Of a stretch of DNA of 32,000 nucleotides, positions 25,110 through 32,000 are shown piece after piece. The notes beneath the pieces were generated by a model. That model had not been told where the DNA came from. It saw only the letters and a list, made by a program, of their open reading frames with translations, and did not search any database. Where the stretch lies: positions 2,760,001 through 2,792,000 of the forward strand of contig CP091279.1 of assembly GCA_021650915.1 (NCBI GenBank), in the 5' to 3' direction. Position 1 is the first letter of the stretch. Each line of letters starts with the position of its first letter. Position numbers and translations under genes: made by a program. The DNA is from Candidatus Brocadia sp. (GTDB taxonomy: Bacteria > Planctomycetota > Brocadiia > Brocadiales > Brocadiaceae).

Positions 25110-26360
25110 CTACCCTTTTTGTGCTACAGCCACTTTCTTGTTCATAATGGCGTCAAATTCAGCGAGGGAAGGATTGATAATCTTTGGCGCTTCTAATTTA
25201 TCCAGAACGGCCTCCTGCGTCTTCAGTCCATTGCCCGTTACGCTGATGACGATGGATTCGTCGTGCGGGATTTTGCCCTGTTCGATAAGTTTTTTGGTAA
25301 CCGCAACCGTGACTCCCCCTGCGGTTTCCGTAAAGATACCCTCCGTCCGGGCGAGTAATTTAATGCCTTCCACGAGTTCGTCATCGGTGACATCCTCCGC
25401 CCAACCCCCGGATACGTTAATGGACTTCACTGAATAATAGCCATCCGCAGGGTTGCCGATAGCTATTGACTGCGCGATGGTCTTTGGCTTTACGGGTTTT
25501 ATCACATCGGTTTCCTGTTTGACGGCAGTGGTTATCGGTGCGCTGCCGCTTGCCTGGGCTCCGTGGAGTTTCGTGTCCGCCTCATCAATAAGCCCCAGTT
25601 TTACGAATTCTTTTATGGCCTTTTCTATCTTCGTTATCAGAGAACCTCCTGCCATAGGAACGATGATATGTTTCGGCACTTTCCAGCCCAGCTGCTCCAT
25701 GATTTCGTATCCATAGGTTTTTGAGCCTTCTCCGTAGTAGGGTCTCAGATTCACATTTACGATTGCCCAGCCGTATTTGTCCGCAATCTCTGAGCACAGT
25801 TTGTTTACGTTATCATAGTTTCCCTTGACTTTTATCACGTTCGTGCCGTAGATCAGCGTGCCAACAATCTTTCCCTGTTCAAGATCGGCCGGCATGATGA
25901 TGTAGCTTTCCAGGCATGCCTGCACGGCCTGGGCTGCGACCGAGTTCCCCAGATTTCCTGTCGTGGCGCATCCAACCGTTTTATACCCGAACTCCTTCGC
26001 CTTTGTTAGCGCAGTAGAAACAACGCGATCCTTAAAGGAGAACGTGGGATAATTTACTGAATCATTCTTCACGTACAGTTCCCTGACCCCAAGGACTTTA
26101 GCAAGATTATTTGCCCTGACGAGTGGTGTAAAACCGACCTGAGCGCCCACGGTAGGTTCGCCGTCAACCGGAAGTAATTCCTGGTACCGCCACATGGTTT
26201 TACCGCGCGATTCGATCAGTTTCCTAGTCAAAACCTTCTTAATCCCTTCGTAATCATAATCAACCTCCAGCGGACCAAAACAAAAGCTGCAGACATGCAG
26301 GGGCTCTTTCGGATACGGTTTCCCGCACTCCCGGCACTTTAGACCATTTACAAATCCCAT
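25110..26360 (-). CDS. thrC: threonine synthase-family PLP enzyme with N-terminal zinc ribbon (context suggests a MetM-like homocysteine-forming role)
   Basis: The 416-aa ORF has an N-terminal CRECG...CSFCFGPLEV ribbon, a PLP-lysine region TFSFKDR and a glycine-rich loop PMAGGSL. A GGAGG sequence sits 6 nt upstream of the ATG. Confidence 0.8.
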   Translation of the reverse strand: MGFVNGLKCRECGKPYPKEPLHVCSFCFGPLEVDYDYEGIKKVLTRKLIESRGKTMWRYQELLPVDGEPTVGAQVGFTPLVRANNLAKVLGVRELYVKNDSVNYPTFSFKDRVVSTALTKAKEFGYKTVGCATTGNLGNSVAAQAVQACLESYIIMPADLEQGKIVGTLIYGTNVIKVKGNYDNVNKLCSEIADKYGWAIVNVNLRPYYGEGSKTYGYEIMEQLGWKVPKHIIVPMAGGSLITKIEKAIKEFVKLGLIDEADTKLHGAQASGSAPITTAVKQETDVIKPVKPKTIAQSIAIGNPADGYYSVKSINVSGGWAEDVTDDELVEGIKLLARTEGIFTETAGGVTVAVTKKLIEQGKIPHDESIVISVTGNGLKTQEAVLDKLEAPKIINPSLAEFDAIMNKKVAVAQKG

Positions 26361-26502
26361 CTATCGCCTCCATCCTATAATATCAAATTCAAGGTTCTTC
26401 CTGACTTACGGTGATTTAGCAGTTGGTGGTTAAAAGCCTGTGGAAAAGCGGGACACGTAGGTTTCTGTTGCTGCTTTTTTTACCCAAGTTTTCTGAAGAA
26501 CC

Positions 26503-26546
26503 AAATAAAAAAGCCTCTTTCTATATACATAAGATAGGAAGAGGCC
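26503..26546 (-). terminator. intrinsic terminator = expression platform of the SAM riboswitch
   Basis: The minus strand reads GCCTCTTCCTAT-...-ATAGAAAGAGGC followed by TTTTTTATTT. The upstream AAGATAAGATAGG can pair alternatively with CCTATCTTAT as an antiterminator and shares bases with the P1 3' strand. Confidence 0.75.
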
Positions 26547-26560
26547 TTTTTATTCACCTA

Positions 26561-26682
26561 TCTTATCTTTCCCCAAAACACGAGACAGGAATTAGCACCA
26601 GCATCCTGCCCACCCTATTAGCTGGACAAGACCGGTTGCTGTGGCTTCGCAGGGCCAGTCCCTCTGCCACTCTCGATAAGAC
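26561..26682 (-). promoter_or_regulatory. SAM-I (S-box) riboswitch aptamer
   Basis: The minus strand reads CTTATCGAGAGTGGCAGAGGGACTGGCCCTGCGAAGCCACAGCAACC...GGTGCTAATTCC...AGATAAGA. This matches the conserved S-box blocks CUUAUC.AGAG.GG..GAGGGA.UGGCCC..GAA.CC..GCAACC...GGUGCUAAUUCC...AGAUAAG. Confidence 0.9.
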
Positions 26683-26696
26683 AAAAATTTAATCGA

Positions 26697-26725
26697 ATTG
26701 TAACGATAAATCAGAAAGTTGTCAA
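26697..26725 (-). promoter_or_regulatory. sigma-70-type promoter driving the riboswitch-thrC-moaD transcript
   Basis: The minus strand has TTGACA (26725..26720), a 17-nt spacer and TACAAT (26702..26697), about 15 nt upstream of the P1 helix. Confidence 0.65.
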
Positions 26726-26837
26726 TGAATTATTTTCAAGGTGATTATTTCCAGAGAGCGGAAAACATAATTTGCTTAATGGATCTTCCGCCTTCTTTTT
26801 GAGACGTGATGCTGCAATTTCAGATCCGTGTTCACCG

Positions 26838-27914
26838 TTAGCAATAGCGAATGACGCGCGTTCTGCCGTATTCCTTTCCATCCCGGTCAACCTTCACTAC
26901 CCCCAGCCGAATGGTCGTAACCTTATGAATCTCTTCAACAGGGGTAAAGAGGGTTAGTTTGCCGGCAAAAGGGTCGGTATCAGCGATGGTGCCAAGTCCC
27001 AGGGTACAATTGTTGTCGTCGTTGAGACCCACCAGAAGGTCTTTCAATCCATCTCTTTCAATAAGTATGACTGATGCAACACCAAAGGATTCTTTCAACG
27101 GGGAAACCGGTATTAATGCATCTGCAGCGTCTGCTATGATTAAAAGTTCGTTGCCGCATTTTTCCAGGTATGGGCGGTTTGGGGCGTGTATGCAGAGCTT
27201 ATTTGGCAATACTGATGGATCGATCCTTTCTCCGGTGCCGAGAATGCAGGAGGGAAACACCACCCGATGGAGGGAACAATCGGTAAGTCGGGCATGTTTA
27301 AAATAGGCCTTGTATTTTTCAGTCCGGTATTTCTGTCGCTCAGCCTGCGAGCGGGCAGCCACGTGTTCTGAGCAGGTCAGCCGTATAACCTGCCAGCCCA
27401 TCTTCTCGTATCCTTTCAACAGATGCTCCATCTCATCTCCTGCCTGCAATGCAAGAATCCATTGCGGGCGGAGCATTTCTATCTTATGCTGCTTCAGGAT
27501 ACGGGCAACAGGCCCGTCAATAAAGCCTGCCGTGTCTATGAGGGTGATTTCTGCGCCTTGTTGCCGGGATTTGTCAGCCATCATTTTTACCGCATGGAGT
27601 GTCTGCACCAAAAACCCGTCAGGCGCGGTATTGCCTACAAACTGAAGATACGGAGGATTTGCATCATTACGGGGATGATGAGGGGTATCATAAATTTTTA
27701 AACTGACCGTGGTTGGGAAGCCTATGGTAGATTGCCCCAGATCGCTATCGACATATCCGACCCGCACCCTGGAAGCCGTCCATGTCTGGATCAAATACTT
27801 ACAGAGGGTGCTCTTGCCGCTATCGGTCCTGCCGAGAATAATGCCTGTTTTTGCGCCGTGCTTTATCTCCTCTGCCACGCGTCGCCATTCCCTTGGGACA
27901 ATGATCGTGTTCAT
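26838..27914 (-). CDS. Clp1/Grc3/Nol9-family P-loop polynucleotide 5'-kinase homologue
   Basis: GIILGRTDSGKSTLCKYLIQ...VGYVDSDLGQSTIGFPTTVSL...ITLIDTAGFIDG parallels the Clp1 Walker A, D.D.GQ and Walker B blocks. Its ATG shares a base with the recJ stop (TAATG). Confidence 0.7.
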   Translation of the reverse strand: MNTIIVPREWRRVAEEIKHGAKTGIILGRTDSGKSTLCKYLIQTWTASRVRVGYVDSDLGQSTIGFPTTVSLKIYDTPHHPRNDANPPYLQFVGNTAPDGFLVQTLHAVKMMADKSRQQGAEITLIDTAGFIDGPVARILKQHKIEMLRPQWILALQAGDEMEHLLKGYEKMGWQVIRLTCSEHVAARSQAERQKYRTEKYKAYFKHARLTDCSLHRVVFPSCILGTGERIDPSVLPNKLCIHAPNRPYLEKCGNELLIIADAADALIPVSPLKESFGVASVILIERDGLKDLLVGLNDDNNCTLGLGTIADTDPFAGKLTLFTPVEEIHKVTTIRLGVVKVDRDGKEYGRTRVIRYC

Positions 27915-29647
27915 TATTCATCATCAAATTTCAGATCTTTCACCTCCAGCTCAAGCTGCTCACCGTTCATCCAGGTATTTATTTTTACGGTAAAGGCAAG
28001 GGAGCACATCCTTCCGTTTTGTTTCAGCCGGTCGATCTGTTCTCCCATCCCAAAGGCAACAGCCCGGACGGCAACGTCTCCCTGTTTGACATAGAAAGTC
28101 AGGTGTTGTCCTTTTGTGCCAATACGGCGTGGCTGTCCAACGATCTTTGCGTTTGTGACGGCAAATAAGGGGATGGGATTTCCCTCGCCGTGGGGGGAGA
28201 GACGCGCCAGTTCAGCTACTACAGCCTTTGATAAGAGGGAGAGCGCGATTTCTGCATCAATGTTCAGTACGCGCACCAGGTCCGTCTTACAAAGTCTTTG
28301 GGCGGTAGTTCTGTTGAGCATGTCGCGAAATTCGTCAATATTATGCGGGTGTATCTTTAGCCCTGCCGCCTGGGCATGACCACCCACGGAAAGCAAGGTA
28401 TCCCTGCAACTCTCTAACGCCTCCAGGATATGGAATGAGGGGATGGAGCGCGCAGAACCGCGTCCGATATCGTCCGCTACGGCAATCATCACCGTGGGGC
28501 GGTTAAATTCTTCTACTATTTTCGAGGCAATAATTCCAATAATCCCGGGGTGCCAGGCGTGGTCTGCCAGTACGATCGCGGTAGTTTCATCCAGATTTAA
28601 TTCATGTAATACCTTTTTCCGCGCCGATGCCATGATATCAACCTGCATTTCCTGTCTTCGCTTATTCTCCTGCTCCAGAAAATTGGCAATTTCTGTAGCC
28701 CGCTCCTTGCAGGGTGTTGTCAACAGTTCAACAACGATTCCCGCATTTCCTATGCGTCCTGGGGCATTTAATCGGGGGCCCAAGCGATATCCCACGTGAA
28801 AGGCGTCAAGGTTGGTCCGGGAAAGATCAGCTACATCGAGAAGCGCGCGCAATCCGGGGATTTCGGTGTGTTGTAATGCGCTCAGACCGTATTTTGTGAT
28901 GATACGGTTTTCACCCACCAGCGGCACCACGTCCGCAATGGTCCCCAGGGCGACCAGCCCTACCGCGCTTAACAGAAAATCCTTGAAGTCAGGAGACACC
29001 TTCTTTTGCGGTGAAAAAAGCTGTCCGATGGCCCATGCCAGTTTAAACGCGATACCCACACCGGAGAGATCACGGAAAAGATGATGGGATGCATGCAATT
29101 TAGGGTTAATTACGGCGAAGGCGCCGGGTATTTCCTGCCCGGGCCGATGGTGGTCGGTAATGATCAGGTCGATGCCGCAGGCGCGTGCGATATCGGCTTC
29201 CCGGCAGGCGTTGATACCGCAATCAACCGTCAGGATAACGTTTGCTCCTTCCTCCCGCAGTTTTTGAATTGCATCAGCATTTAAACCGTATCCCTCCTCC
29301 AGTCGCTCTGGAATATAATAACTCACTTGTGCCCTCAGCAATTTCAGGCATCGATACATGAGAGCGGTAGCTGACAGACCGTCAACATCATAGTCGCCAT
29401 AGATGACAATTCTCTCTCCTCTCCGTATGGCCTCGTTGATACGGATGGATGCCTTTTCAATGTCAGGGAGAAGTGAAGGGTCTCCAAGTGACGCGATTTG
29501 TGGCTGAAGGAAACTTCTGGCGGATGCAACATCAACAATTCCGCGATTGACAAGCACCTGGGCTAATAAGGGCGATATCTTAAGCTTGCTGGCAATCTCC
29601 GTCTGGAGTGGCCTGTTCGGGGGGGAAAAAACCCACCTTTTTATCAT
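27914..29647 (-). CDS. recJ: single-stranded-DNA-specific exonuclease RecJ
   Basis: The 577-aa ORF has DHH-family motifs (IYGDYDVDGLSA, VDCG, ITDHH) and a DHHA1 region (GGHAQAAG). Confidence 0.95.
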   Translation of the reverse strand: MIKRWVFSPPNRPLQTEIASKLKISPLLAQVLVNRGIVDVASARSFLQPQIASLGDPSLLPDIEKASIRINEAIRRGERIVIYGDYDVDGLSATALMYRCLKLLRAQVSYYIPERLEEGYGLNADAIQKLREEGANVILTVDCGINACREADIARACGIDLIITDHHRPGQEIPGAFAVINPKLHASHHLFRDLSGVGIAFKLAWAIGQLFSPQKKVSPDFKDFLLSAVGLVALGTIADVVPLVGENRIITKYGLSALQHTEIPGLRALLDVADLSRTNLDAFHVGYRLGPRLNAPGRIGNAGIVVELLTTPCKERATEIANFLEQENKRRQEMQVDIMASARKKVLHELNLDETTAIVLADHAWHPGIIGIIASKIVEEFNRPTVMIAVADDIGRGSARSIPSFHILEALESCRDTLLSVGGHAQAAGLKIHPHNIDEFRDMLNRTTAQRLCKTDLVRVLNIDAEIALSLLSKAVVAELARLSPHGEGNPIPLFAVTNAKIVGQPRRIGTKGQHLTFYVKQGDVAVRAVAFGMGEQIDRLKQNGRMCSLAFTVKINTWMNGEQLELEVKDLKFDDE

Positions 29648-30166
29648 GGTGTATTTTGTTTAATGAGAAAAAGAGAATGGCAGTGCCATATAACACACAA
29701 AGCGTTTATTTCCGGAAGACCACAAAATTCCTATGATAACTTTGCCCAATGGTCTTCGTGTGCTATGGATACGTACCCAAACTGTCGAACTTGCGGCAAA
29801 TGCCTGTCAGGTCTTCATTGAGGTCCGAAATCAGAGGCAATTTCAAAATCGCCGCACCGGATATTTCTGGCCTCGTTTTTATCTCAGTTCATTGTACTTT
29901 GATTTATACGTCTTTCAAGGAAATTTAATTATTTTTCCCTGCCATTTACCCGTTTTCTGATTTCATATGGTATCCTTCTCCGTCAAGGATTGCCATAAAA
30001 CTTCTATTGAAAAAAGCACCGTGATGTGATACTATTGTTCAGTTAATTCAATAGATTCCGTGCCCGGTATCAGATATTATACTGATCGAACGCCCCTTGT
30101 TTATTCCTTCACTTTGAAACAAATAATATTCCCGTGTTTCTTATGCTCTGCTCTGCGAAGTAAGCC

Positions 30167-32000
30167 ATGAAAAAAAATAGTATCTTTCGTGAATGTGCTG
30201 CATTGTTGTCATTTGCAAAACCCTACCGGAAACATTTGGCGCTGACTATTATCAGCATGGTTATTTATACCTCAACAAGCGGTATCCAGATTTCGCTAAT
30301 CAAACCTATTGTAGACAAACTGCTCCTGGGAAATACCAATACAGGTCTTTCGTTGCCAAAGATCGATATTGACCAGGAGGGTCAATCCCACAAAAATGCC
30401 TCTCCTGTGAAACAGTTTAAAAAACAGGCCTTTTCCAAATTCACGTTTATAGAAAAAACGCGAAGACGCGCCACAAGTTCATTCACAAGCATTGGCATAA
30501 CAATGGTAATCTTTGCCCCGATTCTTTTCCTTTCTTTTTATTTTCAGCAATACTACAGAAATTATGTCATGTGGGCTATTGTTGTGGATATACGGAACAA
30601 GGTATGCGATCATATCCTTCCCCAGCCACTGAGCTTTTTTGAGAACAGAAAGAGTGGCGATCTCCTCTCCAGATTAACAAACGACATTGCAGTAACGCAG
30701 TCGGGACTTACGGTCCTCTTTGATGATGTTTTGCTGCAGCCGCTGAAGTTGATTTGCGGATTGGCCCTGGCGTTTTATTTCAGCTGGAAGCTGTCTTTGT
30801 TGGTTTTGATTGCCTTCCCTGTAATATTTATTCCCGTGCTGATCATGGGAAAGAAGATCAAGAAACACGGAAAGGGAAGTTTGCGGCATCTTTCTGACCT
30901 CACCGACGCGCTCAGGGAAATGTTTGTGGGAATTCGAATTGTGAAGGCATTTAAGATGGAGGCTGAAGAAAGCCGCGAAATACATGAAATCAGCGATCGA
31001 TTCTTCACAAAAAGAATGAAATTGGTTAAGGCAAAGGCCGTCAACACGAGCACCAGTGAATTTGTGTATACCTTGGGACTTGCCCTTTTGATTATTCTGG
31101 GCGGGTATGTAATTATGTCCAGGAAAGTTACCCCCGGAGAGCTTGGTGGATTTATTACCGCTATGGGCTTTATGGTAATCACGACCGTCAAGAAACTGGC
31201 CAAAGGATATGCAAGTTTGCAGGAATCTCTGGCTGGTGTCAATAGGGTATTTGAACTCTTTACGATCGAGCCCACCATAAAAGATCATCCCGAAGCCGTT
31301 ACGCTGCAAAATATTCATGAGGGGATATCCTTTAACAATGTCAGTTTTTCCTATGATAATAGCAATGAATTTATCCTGAGAGATATTAATCTTACGATCA
31401 ACAAAGGAGAGGTGGTTGCTATTGTAGGCAAGAGCGGGGCCGGGAAATCGACACTGATAAATCTGATACCGCGTTTCTACGATCCTGTCAAAGGCAGTGT
31501 GGAAATTGATGGAATTGATATACGAAAAATTAAACACGAATCTCTTCTCGCACACATTGCCATCGTTTCGCAACAAACATTCCTGTTTAACCGCAGTCTG
31601 CGTGAAAATATTCTCTACGGAAGGAAGGATGCTTCACCTGAGGAAATTTATGCTGCAGCAAAATCTGCCAATATCCATGAATTTATTATCAATCTCCCTA
31701 AAGGGTACGATACCGTTGTGGGTGAACTGGGGGTAAAATTATCAGGCGGTCAACGGCAACGGATTGCCATTGCCCGTGCCATACTGAAAAATGCCTCAAT
31801 TTTACTTTTGGACGAGGCGACTTCGTCCCTGGACTATGAATCTGAAAAACTGGTGCAGGATGCACTCAACAACCTGATCGCCGGGAAAACAACCATCATC
31901 GTCGCCCATCGTCTTTCCACCATACTCCATTGCGACCGGATCATTGTAATGAAAAACGGAGCCATCGTCGAGACGGGAAGCCATGAATCCCTGATGTCAG
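30167..32000 (+). CDS. ABC exporter, fused permease/ATPase (MsbA/ABCB type), 3' end off window
   Basis: Absent from the ORF track because there is no stop in the window. My translation from the ATG at 30167 gives MKKNSIFRECAALLSFAKPYRKHLALTIISMV.... Motifs are Walker A GKSGAGKST, signature LSGGQRQR and Walker B ILLLDEATS. The 300-aa minus ORF 30674..31576 is its antisense shadow. Confidence 0.9.
   Translation, partial: MKKNSIFRECAALLSFAKPYRKHLALTIISMVIYTSTSGIQISLIKPIVDKLLLGNTNTGLSLPKIDIDQEGQSHKNASPVKQFKKQAFSKFTFIEKTRRRATSSFTSIGITMVIFAPILFLSFYFQQYYRNYVMWAIVVDIRNKVCDHILPQPLSFFENRKSGDLLSRLTNDIAVTQSGLTVLFDDVLLQPLKLICGLALAFYFSWKLSLLVLIAFPVIFIPVLIMGKKIKKHGKGSLRHLSDLTDALREMFVGIRIVKAFKMEAEESREIHEISDRFFTKRMKLVKAKAVNTSTSEFVYTLGLALLIILGGYVIMSRKVTPGELGGFITAMGFMVITTVKKLAKGYASLQESLAGVNRVFELFTIEPTIKDHPEAVTLQNIHEGISFNNVSFSYDNSNEFILRDINLTINKGEVVAIVGKSGAGKSTLINLIPRFYDPVKGSVEIDGIDIRKIKHESLLAHIAIVSQQTFLFNRSLRENILYGRKDASPEEIYAAAKSANIHEFIINLPKGYDTVVGELGVKLSGGQRQRIAIARAILKNASILLLDEATSSLDYESEKLVQDALNNLIAGKTTIIVAHRLSTILHCDRIIVMKNGAIVETGSHESLMS

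Noticed and set aside
26423-26692. 89-aa + strand ORF upstream of the ThrC-like gene
   Set aside because: It covers the SAM-I riboswitch and its terminator on the opposite strand. The RNA-element explanation is far stronger.
29803-29840. GTCAGGTC...GGTCCGAAA..AG.GGCA resembling the SRP (4.5S) RNA conserved loop
   Set aside because: The two halves are separated by an 8-nt insert. The flanking sequence cannot form the long SRP helix, and the invariant GGAA/AGCA context is absent.
30674-31576. 300-aa and 167-aa minus-strand ORFs
   Set aside because: They are antisense to the ABC exporter, whose TMD and Walker A/signature/Walker B motifs read cleanly on the + strand. The minus translations have no motifs and an odd composition.

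Overview
The window reads as a chromosomal segment from an anaerobic bacterium. The taxon cannot be fixed without a database search; class III RNR, polyferredoxin and S55 peptidase genes suggest an anaerobic, Planctomycetota-like genome, which is a weak guess. Conserved housekeeping genes flank one AT-rich accessory island.

Housekeeping genes:
- smc (partial).
- An nrdR-nrdD-nrdG anaerobic ribonucleotide reductase operon.
- mutT, era, rpiB and tsaC.
- A NapH-like polyferredoxin and a lipoprotein.
- An S55 (SpoIVB-like) peptidase followed by a beta-propeller protein.
- tRNA-Pro(CGG) and a Ca2+/H+ antiporter.
- A threonine-synthase-family gene plus a MoaD/ThiS-like sulfur-carrier gene, sitting behind a clear SAM-I riboswitch.
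- recJ, translationally coupled to a Clp1-family polynucleotide kinase.
- A partial MsbA-type ABC exporter.

The accessory island spans about 5.4-13.0 kb and is a graveyard of defence and mobile genes:
- A nucleotidyltransferase with an overlapping 56-codon ORF that is absent from the ORF track.
- A vsr-dcm-(GHKL ATPase...HNH) restriction-modification-like operon in which only vsr is intact. dcm is split by a 139-bp MITE. The downstream gene is broken by an IS630 copy, a 1.4-kb DDE IS, a 7-bp tandem duplication and a 1-nt deletion.
- A DUF433/DUF5615 toxin-antitoxin-like pair that replaced most of a second vsr gene.

Both IS copies carry frame disruptions of their own. Removing each insertion in silico, together with one target-site duplication, restores the host reading frame.

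The observations I consider most worth follow-up are:
- The reconstructed GHKL-HNH effector of the Dcm/Vsr module.
- The recJ/Clp1-kinase coupling.
- The SAM-riboswitch-controlled ThrC-like/MoaD-like pair.

No CRISPR array and no rRNA were seen. All calls rest on my own translation and motif recognition; no database search was possible.
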